From Schmidtea polychroa (lineage: Eukaryota), in NCBI GenBank assembly GCA_044892525.1, contig CM097885.1:24678001-24742000 (forward strand): a stretch of 64,000 bases of DNA, in the 5' to 3' direction. A model generated the notes under the pieces. That model ran no database searches and had not been told where the DNA came from. It saw only the letters and a program-made list of their open reading frames with translations. A program made the position numbers and the translations under genes. The number at the start of each line of letters is the position of its first letter. Position 1 is the first letter of the stretch. Below are positions 1 to 15,644 of this stretch, in pieces.

Positions 1-244
1 GCATTAAGCCGCATTTATAGAGACTCGACTGTCGTAGGTCACACTATCAACCAATCATAGCTAACTTCAACGCCTCGGACACAGTGGAGACTCCGTTAAT
101 GCAGCTTAAATCTGAGTCGATTACAGACGAAACATCTGAGGCTGCAATCTAACATGCAATAAACAAAATGTTCGTTCTTTAGGCAGTCCGTGAACACGCG
201 CGCATCGCTACAGTATTTGAGCGAACCTTATATATTTATTTATT

Positions 245-395
245 ATATTTATAAAAGAATTGACCATGAATCAGTAAAGATATCGCTGTTTTTTGAAATA
301 TCACTTTAAAAAGATTGTAACGAAAATTCGTGTATATCAAAAAACATCGATATTTTTACTGATTCATAGCCAAGCTTTTTATGAATACAATATAT
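245..395. mobile_element. foldback MITE (same family as 44050-44250 and 51495-51695)
   Basis: ttgaccatgaatcagtaaagatatcg ... cgatatttttactgattcatagccaag inverted arms. Confidence 0.6.
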
Positions 396-1380
396 TATTG
401 TGTTTCTTTGTTTTCTACTTTTCTATCTTATACATGCTAGGCTAGAGTGCTATAGATGTTTTTATATCTAAATTGCTTAAAATAATAACATTTATATCCT
501 AATTTTAATTAATTACTCATTGCTAAACATCTAAATAGCCTTTTTATAATTTTTTTAATTAAAAGAATTGTAAATAAAGCTGAGTTAATTAATTATAAAA
601 GTGACCTTTCGACAAATGATAAACAAATACTTTGACGCTTAATTATGATACGCTACATTTTACAGTCCTTTTACAGTGAATACACTATTATGTATAACGA
701 GGTTAAAACTCCAAGTGTTACCGGGTAGTAATGCTAGGAATTTATAAATTTTAATGTAATATTAATGATCATAAATTTTTATAATATTTACTATAAAATT
801 AATTTGAAGACCTTGTATAAATACAGTCGTATAAAAGGACAAAAGAACTTCAGTGTGAGTAATCTTTCTATATGTTTTCTTTTGTTCAATTAATCCTTTG
901 ATCACTACAAATCTTATCGAAAAAGTTTTAATTTGTAAAATCAATCAATTATGTGTTGTATAAATTTAACTTATTGATTTGAATTTTCACCTCGTGGTCA
1001 TGGTAACAGTAGCTAAATTTAAAGATGATGGCTAATTTTTTTTAATCCCCATTTTGAGATTGACATTACGATCTAGAAATAAAGTATTTTAAAAGCATTT
1101 CAGAAAAGAGAATAAATTTTGATTATAGACCAATGTGATGATATTGACTATTAACTTTTATTAAATTTTGTAGTCTGAAATGAGGGCTTTTTATAATTTC
1201 AAGATTGTTACATTTCAACTTGTCGAAATCTAAAAATCCCAATATATTAAAATGTTTTTTGAATAAATTTGAATGGTAATAAGCAGTTAAAACCAAAATT
1301 AAATTTTACTTGTTTGTTTGATAAATTATATTTGAAGTGGAAAAATAATCTAGAAATGATAAAATAAATGTTTTTTTCAG

Positions 1381-1540
1381 CCTAATCAATATCCGATGCC
1401 ATTTGGCAAGTTCTATAATTTTTCATATCTAAAACTAGAAGAAACGTTGAAGACCCAAGTTCATCCGAATGCACTCTTCAAAACCTCTAGATCCAACCTC
1501 AGTACATCATCAACCAATATCCATCACTATCACAAAATTG
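1381..1540 (+). CDS. unc-115: abLIM/UNC-115-like gene, internal exon (first in window)
   Basis: tttttcag acceptor and gt donor at 1541; open frame PNQYPMPFGKFYNFSYLKLEE...IHHYHKI; phase 1 joins the next exon. Confidence 0.75.
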
Positions 1541-1699
1541 GTATATATTTATTTATTATCTAAAATTATTTAATATAAATTCTTATCATGAAATATTTGT
1601 AATGAAATTTGTCTTATTTTTCCATTTAGATGAAACTAAACAAACTTTTAATTTAAAGTTAATAATAGTTAATTAATAATAACAATAATAATAATAATG

Positions 1700-1840
<141 letters not shown>

Positions 1841-2696
1841 TTTCTTGAATAAAGTTAAATTTAATAATAGTGTCTAGTTTTAAGTCGATTAATTTTAATG
1901 TAAAAAATGAATGTCCAAATCAAGGTATGAAATTATAATATAAATCGAAAGGTTTTAGTGTATGACCAGTTTACGGGGGTAATTTGAATAATCGGAGAAC
2001 AATTAAATACATAATTAATAAAAATTATCACCTCTCATGTGAATTTACAATAAGATTATTGGTAATTGAGTACATCATAATAAAATTACCTATTTATGAA
2101 CAAAAATATAGAAAAAAATATTGTCATTATAAGATATACAAGTAAAGGTTGTATAATTAAGTTTTCAAATGAAAATTGATGAAGAATTAAGTCATTAAAT
2201 AATTAAATATCACAAAATATTAATTGTAGAATACATAATTTTAATGACATTATTTTCCTAATTGTTACAGACATATATTTGTATGTATAATTAACTATAA
2301 ATAAATTTTATTTAAATGCAAATTCCCATTCAGAATAAATTTAATTTGAAGTAAAATTAAAATTTTAGAAGTAAATTTTATGAAATTAATGTAATATGTA
2401 GTAAAGTTATTTAACATCTTACCTACCATGAATAAATTTATGGTTTCATTTTGTATTCCAAAAGATATCATTTTTCTAGCTAACAGACTTCATTTACTCT
2501 TTACATGTTTTCAAAATAACAATCATATTACATATTAAAATATAATTTAACAAATTATACAAAAAATATTGCATTTCTTAAACAACTTTGTATTTCTTTT
2601 TCAAAATGTGATATAAAAAATAATTAATTTTTCCTGACAAATATATTTCTTAGGTTCAAAATAAACAACCTTTAATATAGTTTTTATGATATTTTT

Positions 2697-3256
<560 letters not shown>

Positions 3257-3657
3257 ATATATATTTGATTTAAAGATGAAAATGAGTTGAAAATATTTGT
3301 TTAAAAACCAAACATTATTCCATTATTAATCTATTTTGGATTATGTCTTCGATTTCAATTTTATCAAATGAAAACAATTTAGAAGATGTTCTAGCAACAA
3401 CTAACAATTATTTTTATTACTATAATAATTATTGTTATTATTATATTAAGTATCGATTTAAGGAAAAAATTAATTTTTTGGTGATTACTAATGTTTTAGC
3501 AAAAAAAAAATTAGCAATTCTAGAATGCCCATTAGAGATATGTCAGAATAATCAGATATTGAAGCGAATGAAAGGAGATTAATTAGAAATGAAATTGATA
3601 CTTGTTTCAATTCTGAGTAACTTGAATTAAATCTAACTCTGTATTTTGGTATGCTAC

Positions 3658-4206
<549 letters not shown>

Positions 4207-4724
4207 GTGTTAGTGTTAGCAGCAACGACATCAAATTCATTTTCGGTATCCATTAATAAAATTACCAAAATAAAATCACTTAACTAAAATTTATTCTATT
4301 TAGAAAACTGCGCTTTTTTCGTAATATTAAAACAAATATCTTCGAGGCTTTTCTTTTAATTTTGATGTTGATTTCAATGCTGGTTTAATTTATTAATTAA
4401 GTAATAATAATATATATTTTAAGCTTACTTTAATTTATTAATTTTAATGTTTATATAAAAATTTGTGTAATTTGATAAATACACTTTAAATGTTTATTAG
4501 CAATTTTCCGTTTTAACTTAAACGTGAATTCTACCCTTTCAATTAATATTATAAGGACTTCTTTCAATTTTCACCTCTGATTTCCTTTCAATATTTCAAT
4601 AATTTTTTATTATTATTATAAAACTACTTTAATGGTTTATTTCAATTAAATTTATTTGAATTTATTTAGCTGTGTAATTTTTAATTTTATGCTTTTTTAT
4701 AAATTCTAATTGTTAATTTTTCAG

Positions 4725-4769
4725 ATAATTTCTCATATCGGTCTCAACCAAATGTAACTAAGAGTAAAA
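4725..4769 (+). CDS. unc-115: abLIM/UNC-115-like exon
   Basis: tttttcag / gtatgt boundaries; 45 nt, (D)NFSYRSQPNVTKSK; phases compatible on both sides. Confidence 0.65.
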
Positions 4770-5046
4770 GTATGTTTAAAATATATTTTGATTGTTACAT
4801 AAAAATTGCATCCGTTATTATTTTCTAACGCTATTATTTAAATATAAATTAATTTAAAATTAGCCACTGATAATTGAAACATTAAGTTGATATTATACAT
4901 TAAATTCTTTATTCTTCCCTTTTATCCGTCCGCCCCCCACATGGGTGAATTCAATAAACTAGATGGTCAAGAACTAACGTGCATCTACAAAATCATTTTA
5001 TAATAATTTCATAATATAATCTTTTTTTATATAATGTTTCATTTAG

Positions 5047-5214
5047 AGCCAGCAAGGTCACACAATCTTATTCAGGCCATTAATGGTAAAAAAACAGTTT
5101 CAATAGATCAGCAAGTCAAAGTTTCTGATATCCAAAGTAACAATATAAAAGATGTTCCCAGAGTTATCAAACCCGCATTTATAAATAGTTCTTCTTCCTC
5201 TTTGGTGCCTGTCG
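5047..5214 (+). CDS. unc-115: abLIM/UNC-115-like exon
   Basis: tttag / gtaatt boundaries; PARSHNLIQAINGKK...SSSSLVPV; lies within ORF 5034-5225. Confidence 0.72.
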
Positions 5215-5235
5215 GTAATTATTAATTAATTAATA

Positions 5236-5363
<128 letters not shown>

Positions 5364-6714
5364 GATTGACAAGGACTATCGTATAGTCGAAAATTCTTTC
5401 ATTAAATACATTATTTGCAGCAAAAGGCTTAAATTATCATTTTATTGTTTTAAATAATAAATGCTGCTACCAAGCAATCATCATTTAATAATAATAATAA
5501 TAATAATAATTTTCAATTGTAACAAAATGTCAAATTATTTTTACTTCCATTTTATAAAGTCGTTTATTTTTTATTGTGAGTAAACAAAGATTTATTTATA
5601 AAATATTCCTTCACAATTTATTAAATTCATTTGGAAATCTGATAATTGTGTTATGAGAAACGAATGAAATGTTGCGAGTTAATAAAAACAAAATTTAGAA
5701 ATCAAATGAAAATTTTACTAGTTGTTTTAATTATTAAATTTTGTTGATTTATTACTGATTTAATTGATTATAATATTTATTATTGGTATTTTATGTGTGC
5801 AAGCGGTTAATAGAAAATTTTCCAAACACATTTTTTAAATAAAATATTTTTTTAATGAAAATAATACCTATATTTTTGAATTATAAAATTTGCAATACTT
5901 TCTGAGTATTTGTTTTTGATTCATTAGTTTGTATGGTTTTATATATTAAGATATTTATCTTCAACATATTTGAGATTCAATATACATTCTGTAGAAATTA
6001 TTATTATTGTGAAAAGGAAAAGAAGAAATGAAATGAAGAAGCCATTAGAAGAATATCCTACTCATTTGTATATTAATTAAATTTGTATAATAAATTATCA
6101 AATTATATTGAAAATAATCGCATGTACAGTGCAACGTTAAACAGAGGGACGGATCTCTTTGACAAGATCCCGTAAACTGTTCAAAATTCACAGAAATTTG
6201 AAAGTTGAAAGCGTCACTAAATGGATCACAATTAATTTGAATGGGTACAATGTTGTCTTGTCAGTCGAAATTAAGTTTACTTTAAAGGGGCAAAGTTTTG
6301 TCGGCAGACGTATAATATGCTTAACAATACAAGAAATCTAGATATTTCTGAGTCAAATGAGACTGGTATTCTAATGTATTGGTAATGTTTCTTTCTAAAA
6401 GAAAGCTTCGTTGAAGCTTCGTTGAAAATTTCATTTGATCCAAAAAGTAATTTGTAAAATTCTGTGAACATTTGAGTTTTGAATGTTTTTAAAAAGTAGA
6501 TGGTAAAATGAGTGAATATGAATTGTTGGTGTCGTTTTCAAATGTAATTGAATAGTTAATTTATTAAGTTAAATAATTATTTTTAATTTTTAGTGATTGA
6601 TGGATAAAATATCATTTTAAAAAACTTTTAAATAAATTTAGAAAAGTTTTTTTTAAATAAATAAATTTTGTATTTTGATTATTAAATCTATAATATTTGC
6701 AGTTTTTTCTATTC

Positions 6715-6752
6715 CACCTGATGGTGACAGAAAACTGTCGAAATATATTGTG
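6715..6752 (+). ncRNA. minimal type-I hammerhead ribozyme motif (degenerate), Penelope pLTR-type
   Basis: CAC-CTGATGG-T-GACAG-AAAA-CTGTC-GAAA-TATATT-GTG; A9 changed to G and cleavage triplet AUU. Confidence 0.6.
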
Positions 6753-6777
6753 AAACCAGTGTTGCACTAGAGCTTTC

Positions 6778-6985
<208 letters not shown>

Positions 6986-7489
6986 AACAATTATTATTAT
7001 TATTAAGTGATAAATAATTAAATGTTGAACAATTAAATGATAATTTAACCTTTTGGCTGCTAATTATATATTTAATAAAATGAAAAAATTTTCAATTATA
7101 AAAATAGTTATTTTCAATTTCCTGGAATTTATTTGCTTCTATTTTCAAATGCTTTTTGATCTTCCCTTTTATTTCTTTTTTCTTAATTTTCATTGATTAA
7201 AAATAACCTTTTTTGAATAATTAAATTTTTTTTTAAATTCTTTTTAAAGCTTCTATAATTAACTCATAAAAACTTCTTTTAATAAGTAATATCATCAAAT
7301 ATTTATAAAAATCAAGTTTCCAATAGCTATTTACATACACAATTTAAAAATTTTTAAAAATGTTTCTATTTTGATTTTTATTACTAATGATCTCTAAAAG
7401 TATATTTCCTTAAAATTTGATCCAGTTTTAAATATATTATTTTTAAATTATTATTTTTTAAAACAAAATATTCTCAAGGTCAATGGCAA

Positions 7490-8830
7490 TTAATCAAGCT
7501 GGTGATTTCATTGATCTATTCTTTAGTGTTATTGTTGGCCGTCTGTTTATGATGTGAATTGTTTCTATAAATTTGACTTTTTTGGATGTTTCCATTGGCT
7601 AAGATTTCGATTGAAATATTTTTCCTTTCCTTTCTTGGTTGACATTATTGGAGATGTCTGTATACCGAGGATTTTCAACCAGGATCTAAATGCTTTTTAA
7701 CTCTTTGGTCCAAGGAACTGAGCGTACTTCCAGTGTATATTTCTTTTCATACATTACATTTGATGCGGTAAACAATGTTTTTTTTCGAAAACACATCTTT
7801 CGGTGTCTGACAGTTTTCCATTATGCAATTGTTTTCTTTTATTGTGTTTTTTGCCAGAGCTTCCCTCAATGTCCAAGATGTATGTGCTATACGAATAAGA
7901 AGGCTAATGCGTTTAATTTCTTTAAGGATTTTGAAGTCGATTATGTCGTTGATGAATGAAATATTCAGATAAAAATATTTCTTCTTTTTTGGAGTTATTT
8001 CCCTAGATCTTTTGGGGGTATAATTCATTCTTTCAATGCCTTTACTGTGATATCCGTTTCTATGTTGGACTTTGTTGAAGTTTAATTTCTATTTATAGTT
8101 CTCATTTTCTTCAGTAAATCGATTGCCTATCCTTTTTTTCTCGTTTTTTATGACATTTACTTTCTGCAGGTATTGGAGCTTTGATTTTTGGTGCATAAAT
8201 ATTTCTTTGCAAGCTGGTTTTGTGTAGAACCTGTATGTTGGCTGTATGTATCTGCTTCTATTTTAATTTTTAAGGCCAGTAGATTGAGGGATCCATCTTC
8301 TTCCGGATATTCGATTTCAAACTTAATATCTAGGTGAGCCGCATTAAATATATGAAATATTTCCTCCACTTCTTTTCTGCTCTTGGTCGTGATAAAGATA
8401 TCATTTACATATCTTGCGTAAAAACCGATGGATTGTATGGTTCTCATTTTTTGTCGTTCAAGGTTTTCCATAAAGATGATTGCTAAGAATACTGATATAC
8501 AAGAATCAATAGGTAGACCTTTAACTTGTTTATATATCTTTTGTTCAAAGGTCAAGTAGATGTTCTCGAGGACAACAGTAGGAAGTTTGATGATATTCTC
8601 GGTATTCATTTCCTTTATTAACAAGTTGCTTTCTCTTAATTTCTTATCTAAAGATTTAGTAGCATCTTTTGGTTCGATAGATGTGTATAGTGATACGACA
8701 TCAAGACTGATGAAGTATTTGAATTCTCTGTGAGTATTTCAGTTTTTATTTAATCTTGCCATGAGGCAGTCGCTGATCTGAATATGATGTGGTACAGTGT
8801 CCAATAATGGTCTTAAGATCTTTGAAAAAC
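7490..8830 (-). mobile_element. Penelope-like retroelement remnant (RT + GIY-YIG) in an abLIM intron
   Basis: RT motifs YKQVKGLPIDSCIS...IFMENLE and YARYVNDIF, NAAHLDIKFEIEYPEEDGSLNLL; CIMENC...KNIVYRIKCN GIY-YIG start; frameshifts and stops. Confidence 0.85.
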
Positions 8831-8881
8831 TCAGTGAAATACGCAGCTAAAAAGCTTAAATTATCATTTATTTTTTATTAA

Positions 8882-9002
<121 letters not shown>

Positions 9003-9713
9003 GTCATTGTTGTTATTGTATAAATTAAAAATTAATTAATTTATTCAATCAATATTTTGAGGAAAGCAGGAAATTCATTAATCAATTTTCAAATTTCAAG
9101 AAATCCCTAAATAAATAAATAAATATATAAATAAATAATAATATTCACGCAGCTTGCTAATGGGGCAGAGAAATAATAACTGTTGGTCTCTCCGTAAAAA
9201 TCAACCGAATGTATCTCATTTCCGTTGGCTCCCGAATGAATATGGGATAATTAACATTTCTCCCTGATCATTTCATCGTATTCTTTTCCATTTATCTAAC
9301 ACGATTTTCTTAGTAAAAAGTTTTCTTATTTCAAATGAATAATTCAAGTGAATTAATCGACATCAAATACCAAATTGTTGAGTTTATTGATTGTTTAATA
9401 TTTTTTTATAGATTTATTCGGCATGTTTATGTTTGTTTTAATCTTCCATTTTTGTGTTTATGATTAAAATGAAATATTCCAATGTAACGTTGTCCGTCAT
9501 CCGTTGGTATTGCAAGTGTTAATAGGTGAAATGTAACAACTGATAAAACAAAATATGTTGTTGCCGATTCATTTGATTTGGTTGCTGATAAAATAGAAAG
9601 TAGTAAATAATAAATAGTTGACTGCCTTATTCGGAGCGCTTATGCCGAGCGCTTATTCGGTTATTAACAATTTAAAAATTGCACAATAATTTTTTTGATT
9701 TATTTTTTTTCAG

Positions 9714-9781
9714 TTCTGGCCACCTCAATGATTGATGTTGCTACAAATGATCCTACCTTAATCAGTGAACCACAATTAAGA
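9714..9781 (+). CDS. unc-115: abLIM/UNC-115-like exon
   Basis: tttttcag / gtaaat boundaries; LATSMIDVATNDPTLISEPQLR; phase 1 in, phase 0 out. Confidence 0.68.
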
Positions 9782-11278
9782 GTAAATATATTGTTTTATA
9801 AATTTTAAAGCAAAATAAATTCATTAATTGCAAAATACCTCATTAATATTTTACTATCTAAAAGATTTAGAATTTTTTAAGTTAAATCTTTAATATACAT
9901 GAACGCAAAGAAAACAGTGACTGGCTTAATATTTACCTCTAATTCTTAATAATACTATTTTTTTCGAAATAGATAACCCCTAGAATCTGGGATATAGGTC
10001 ATGCTTCATGTACTAGAACATATGATAATCGGGTGAAATCAAGTTTGGCCAAACCTTTTCCATTTGTTTATGTGGTCTTGAGTTTACTGATTGTCGGACA
10101 TGTACCTCTGATTTACCTCTCAAGTGTATATCAGTACTGTCATGCTTGCTTGGTCTTGAATTTAAAAGAGAATCCTCGTAGTTCAAACATTCTTTTCTTC
10201 TACTTGTATTATCTGAAAATATCAATTTCCTATTAGTTGTTAAAATTAAGTCAAAATTCTATTTCTTTTGGTGGGCGAGAAAATGACCATAAAGTTAATT
10301 ATTTCATGCAAGATATTCTTTACTTGTTTCTTGAAAACAATCTAAACTTCCTCATATTTCTTGCATTGAAGAACTCTTCTATAACATTCTTGTCACTGTA
10401 CTCATAAGTATTCAAGATTCATTTCTTATTTTTTGTGGTTATTTTAAATGTATTAAATTATTAATTAAGTTAATTTATAAATTTCATATTTTTTTGTTAA
10501 AATCAAGTTTAAAAATTATATTAAGATAAAATTAATATTTTAATTGAAATAATTTAAAATCTTTAGAATTAAAAAAAAATTAAAAAATGATTTATTATTT
10601 AAATTATAATTTAAAAATATTTTTATTAAAAAGAAATAATTAATAAAGCTTGTTCATAAAACCTGTAATTTTCATAGTTTATCTATCCTGCCCGATTACG
10701 ACAGGTAAATTTGTTGAAATATATCGTAAAACGAATGTCTGAGTAACAATTTCTAATAATTAAATAGTTTCTATGTTTGTTTAATTATGTATGTAATAAA
10801 TAACAATAAGATTTGGATCTTAATTTACTTAATTAAGCCCATCATTTACTGTAATTCAATTTTTAGTCCCATAATTTACTTTAATTTTAAAATTTGGACC
10901 TTAATTTCCCTATTTATCCTTAATTTACCATGCTTTTTATTGAGGACCCTTTTTGTAATGAAAATCCCAGGACCAAGAAGATCAACCTTAATTTACTTAG
11001 AAAATCCTTGCTTTTTTATTGAAATTCTCAGGATCCATCGAGACCCCTTCACTATATTTAGAGAAATCTTGGTTTTTTTTCTATAGGGCCTTTTTTTGTA
11101 TTGAAAATCCCAGAAAAAATAAGTGTAGCCCTCTGCAGCAGTTATGTAACCAAATAATTCTGCAGCACAATCCCCCGGGTTGCTGCGGGGGCTACTAACT
11201 ACCTACTCAAGTTTAATAAAAAAATTTTTAACATCTTTTTAATTTAATTTCAGCATTTTTTACTTTATTTGTCTTTAG

Positions 11279-11414
11279 AGTGAAAGTAGTCGGTATTATC
11301 CTTTAAAAGCTATAAAACCTCCTAATGTGCTTGATCCAATTTCGGCTTCTAGGGCTCCGAGTGCTAGCTATGAGCCGCTGTCCAGACCGAGATATGAGAT
11401 GCATGGGTTTACAT
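11279..11414 (+). CDS. unc-115: abLIM/UNC-115-like exon with conserved motif
   Basis: SESSRYYPLKAIKPPNVLDPISASRAPSASYEPLSRPRYEMHGFT; DPxSASRxPSA..EP...RYE...SPSR resembles the invertebrate UNC-115 motif. Confidence 0.8.
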
Positions 11415-11467
11415 GTATAACCGTTAATTACTCTTAAAAATTCATTTTTTAAAATAATTTATTTCAG

Positions 11468-11545
11468 CGCCTTCAAGACAACTCATATCACAGGAAATTT
11501 CCGACATGTTTCCTTCGCCAATAGTCAAAGGAAATCCCAATGAAG
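11468..11545 (+). CDS. unc-115: abLIM/UNC-115-like exon
   Basis: follows a 53-nt intron; (S)PSRQLISQEISDMFPSPIVKGNPNE; gtaat donor. Confidence 0.8.
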
Positions 11546-12769
11546 GTAATGTTTTTATTTTTTATTGACAAAAAATTCAAAAAATATGTGAATTAATATT
11601 AAATAAATAATTTTATTTATATTTCTTCATTCCTTTGTATTACGCCAACAAAATAATCTCATGCTGTGCCAATATATAAATATTTGCCAACATTATTTAT
11701 TCTTGGCAATTTATTTTTGGATTAAAATTTATTATGGCAAGAATGTTTGCCACATTCTTAAAAACTTCTTTCCGATTTGTGGTTCCTGAGATAGATGGAC
11801 CAAACCATTACAAATTCCTACATAGATTCATGAAATTCCACAAAATTATCTAAGTTAAATATGAGTTGTGAGGTGTTTACAGCAGAGAATTAATATTTCG
11901 GATGATTTGTCTGAAAAGTTGTAAAATTAATTTAAGTCAAAAATATGTAAAATTAAAAATTAGTTTTTTTAATTATAAACTAGTTAAAAGAATAATTATT
12001 CTATTTAAATTTTAAATATAAAATTCTTTGGAAAAATATTTAAAAGTGAGCTGTTAGAATGATGATAAATTTAAGTCGTAAATAATTAATATTAAAAATA
12101 AGTTTTAATAAATTTAAAATGAATTTAAGGTAAAAATAATTAAAATTAAAAATAAGTTTTTAATTGTAAAATAAAGAATTTAAATAAAATAAATTAATTC
12201 AACTTGAATTTTAGTATTGAATTCTTCTGATAATTTGTTTTGAGATTGTTTGATTCAATGCCAAAAAGTTTGTATAAATATTAAACAATATTGTGAAAAT
12301 TAATACAATTTGGAATATAAGTTTAATTACTGAAAATGTTTTTCAAAACAACTTAGAAAATGTAATAGTAACATCTAACATGAGTGAAAGAAACAAAGAT
12401 GGGAAAATTAATATGAGGGGAAAACAAAATATTAACAAACGAATTGAGATATATTCTAAACAGTGATATAATCTAAATATATATTACTCATGCAAAGATT
12501 CAGGTAACCATAAAAAATAGTTATAAAATGTTACATAATATTAAAAGGAGATTATGGCAATTAAATTTCTGTCTTTTTAACAATTTATTTTTATATCCTT
12601 TTTGAAATGTGTCAAACTTTTTCCCAAATAAAAAATGATAAATTAAAAAAAATTTCAAATTTGTGTAGGGGCCTGTTTTTAGTTTAGCACCGTGTCCCAA
12701 GTATGGTAGTCCGCCTCTGGTTACAATTAAAATACATTAAATTAATTTTTATTTATTCATAATTTATAG

Positions 12770-12957
12770 ATGAAGTCGACACAAGTATTATTCGTCCTCA
12801 TTCACAATTAGACATCAAGCCGACATATAAATCCAAACAAATTGTATCTAGGTCCCAAGTTATTTGCAGCAAGCCCCAAGATCAAGATTACATATCAGTT
12901 CAAAGCTTTCTGAGAAGTTTTTCTAGAGAGAAATTATCTGATGACCGCAAACCAAAA
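12770..12957 (+). CDS. unc-115: abLIM/UNC-115-like exon
   Basis: tttatag / gtaat boundaries; (D)EVDTSIIRPHSQLDIKP...EKLSDDRKPK, open, phase 0 into the headpiece exon. Confidence 0.8.
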
Positions 12958-13096
12958 GTAATATTATTTTTTCACTAATATCAGAACTGTCACATAATTA
13001 ATATTTGAAGTACAGGTCACGGTAGTAGCTTTACGTAATATATGACCACTACCAACATTTCTAGTTACCTGTCGTACCTGTCTTTACGTCTATTTA

Positions 13097-13236
<140 letters not shown>

Positions 13237-13799
13237 CATTTTGAATGTGATTTTGGTGCAATATTTGATACTGTTGTATTTCAGGTATATTCAACATTTT
13301 CAGAGCTGATCAAAATTTTGATTCATACATCAACGTGCAACTAACAAGACTCTAAGGGACATTAAATAAGACCTTTAATAATAAATAAAATCCTAACCTA
13401 TAATAAAAGTATGTCGTTGACATAATAAAGAGCTCTAAACCAAAACACATTAATTATGGCCAACTCATAATAGCAAATAATGCTTTAATATAAAATATAA
13501 TTAGTTCACTTTAAATTGAAATAATTACTTGAAATAATGGCATAAATTAAAGGCATTTACTAAAGAAAAGTACAAAATTAATTTTGGTGAGAAATATTAA
13601 ATACAAACACACTTATAACGCATAATAACAAATAAATACGAAGGGGCATCAATTATGTGCACAATCACTTATTACTAGTATTTTTAGTTATAAAATTATG
13701 CTATTTGTGAATATTTCAAGAGTTTTAAAACATTCCACTTTTCCATGAGTGAGAAAAAACAAAGAAATACAATATCATATTTTGGAAATCGGTTTTATC

Positions 13800-14685
13800 T
13801 AGTCACGGAACTGGAAGAAAATTACTAAAATCACATAAAAAAAATTTCCAAAATTCATAATAAACGAAAACATTATAGAAGAGCTCTAAAAGTATGTATT
13901 TAAATAAAAATTCAACAAATCTTATCTTTTGAAAATCAATCACAACTGACCTGAAATTCATAATAAATACGAAAGCTTAATTTAATAAAAAATATTATTA
14001 TTAAAAATTAAAAATATTTAAAAATGTATAATAAAAATATATTTTTAACTTACCAAAAATTAAAATAGTACTTAATTTTAGTATTAATCAAAAAATGACA
14101 GTAATTATTTAATATTAATGTAACTTGTTCTCATTTTCACCATTAAATACATTATCATTTGCATTTTTATACTTTCTTCATTCATTTTACATCTTTTTGA
14201 ATCTTGTATGTCTCGAAGTTTGCTAAATGATCGCTCGGTATCCAGAGTACTAGTTGAGATGCATAAATACTGAATGGCAATTTTGGATTTTTTCTTTTTT
14301 TCGCGGATTCATTTTGTTTTGAATGTTTCTTTGACTCGAATATATGCTCACGAATTCTATTTCAGTTTTTACTATTGAATTCAAACACATTCCGCAATAT
14401 TTACATCCTAATCCTTCAATTTTTACTGATTCTTCGTTTTTGGTTGTCATTTGCTTCTTTGTTATCATCAAATCATCAATAAATTCGTTTTCCCATTCTT
14501 TAGCTGTCTTTTTTCTTTTGTCACTTATGTAATGATGACTAATTTTAATTTTTTAAATAATTAAATTACAATATATCAATATTGGTTAATCCTATTTAAT
14601 AATGTAGCGTCTGCAATAATTTAATTAATAGCTATTTTGTTGTTATTTTTATGTGAAATTGTTTTTATGCGAAATGTCTGTGGAT
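13800..14685 (-). mobile_element. internally deleted hAT-type (CGGBP1-like) DNA transposon remnant
   Basis: N-terminal CKYC...NRIREHIFESKKH zinc finger (frameshifted) close to C-terminal STLDTERSFSKLRDIQDSKRCKMNEESIKMQM dimerisation motif; ends approximate. Confidence 0.6.
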
Positions 14686-15437
14686 GCAAAATATATATAA
14701 CCAAAATATATTCACATATATTTAAAGCCATTTCATTAAGTAATCTTATCTTATTCTAATCTCGAGCTCAAATTAAGAAAACAAAAATAAAAAAATTTAA
14801 ACTCATTTTATTGTAATTTTAGTATAATGTTCTTATGTCTTTTATGCCCCCTGGCGTGATTTGCTGCCTATGTATTATTTAATTGAAGGTAAGGTCAGTT
14901 AAGGCACTTATAAGCACTATGTTTTATTTAATATATTTTTGAACAACTGAAACAGGCGTTGTTAGCATAATTCTCAATGCTATATATGTATTGAGATAAA
15001 CATCGTCTATATCATCTTTGCAAATTTGTTTCAGGCAATATAATGGAGTTGTATTCTCTGGAACGCACAGCCTTTACCTATGGCGCATTCAGCTGAGGAG
15101 AGTGGAGTTGTGTATATGCGCAACATAAACATTGCTCTTTCACTTTACGCAGCAGACAAGGACGCAGCAGATGGCATGACATGTACAGACATATAAAGAA
15201 ACTACTTAAAGAGCGAGATGTTAATGCAAGGAAAGACCTACATTAACCTTTGACTTGTAAAAAACGTTGCATTTGATGTCAAAAACTTGCCATAGCTACT
15301 AATAATTGTTAGAAATATGAAAGCGCGAGGCCTCCAGAAAAATCCCCGAAGTCCCGACCTCTGAGCCGGCTCTGCCTTGACTTCAGGAACATAACTAATT
15401 CTAGTCTTTCTAGACCATTTCAGTTAGTGTTTATTAA

Positions 15438-15644
15438 CCCTTTCGTTATGGTCTATTTTTATGGCTACAACACTCCTGAATACAGCTAGTTATTTTTAAC
15501 GCTCCTCGTAAAATACATAAGTGAATAAGTGAAATATATACTTTTATCATCATATAACAGTAAAAACTCATAAAATATATACACTCTTCCTTTATTGGAC
15601 TAATGTACACAAAATTCATCCATGCGCTCCTAGTAACGAAAGGA
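15438..15644. mobile_element. degenerate piggyBac-type MITE
   Basis: ttaa|ccctttcgtta ... taacgaaagga|ttac. Confidence 0.45.

Noticed and set aside
1..230. GC-richer segment at window start
   Set aside because: No ORF or RNA fold recognised; probably the end of a repeat truncated by the window edge
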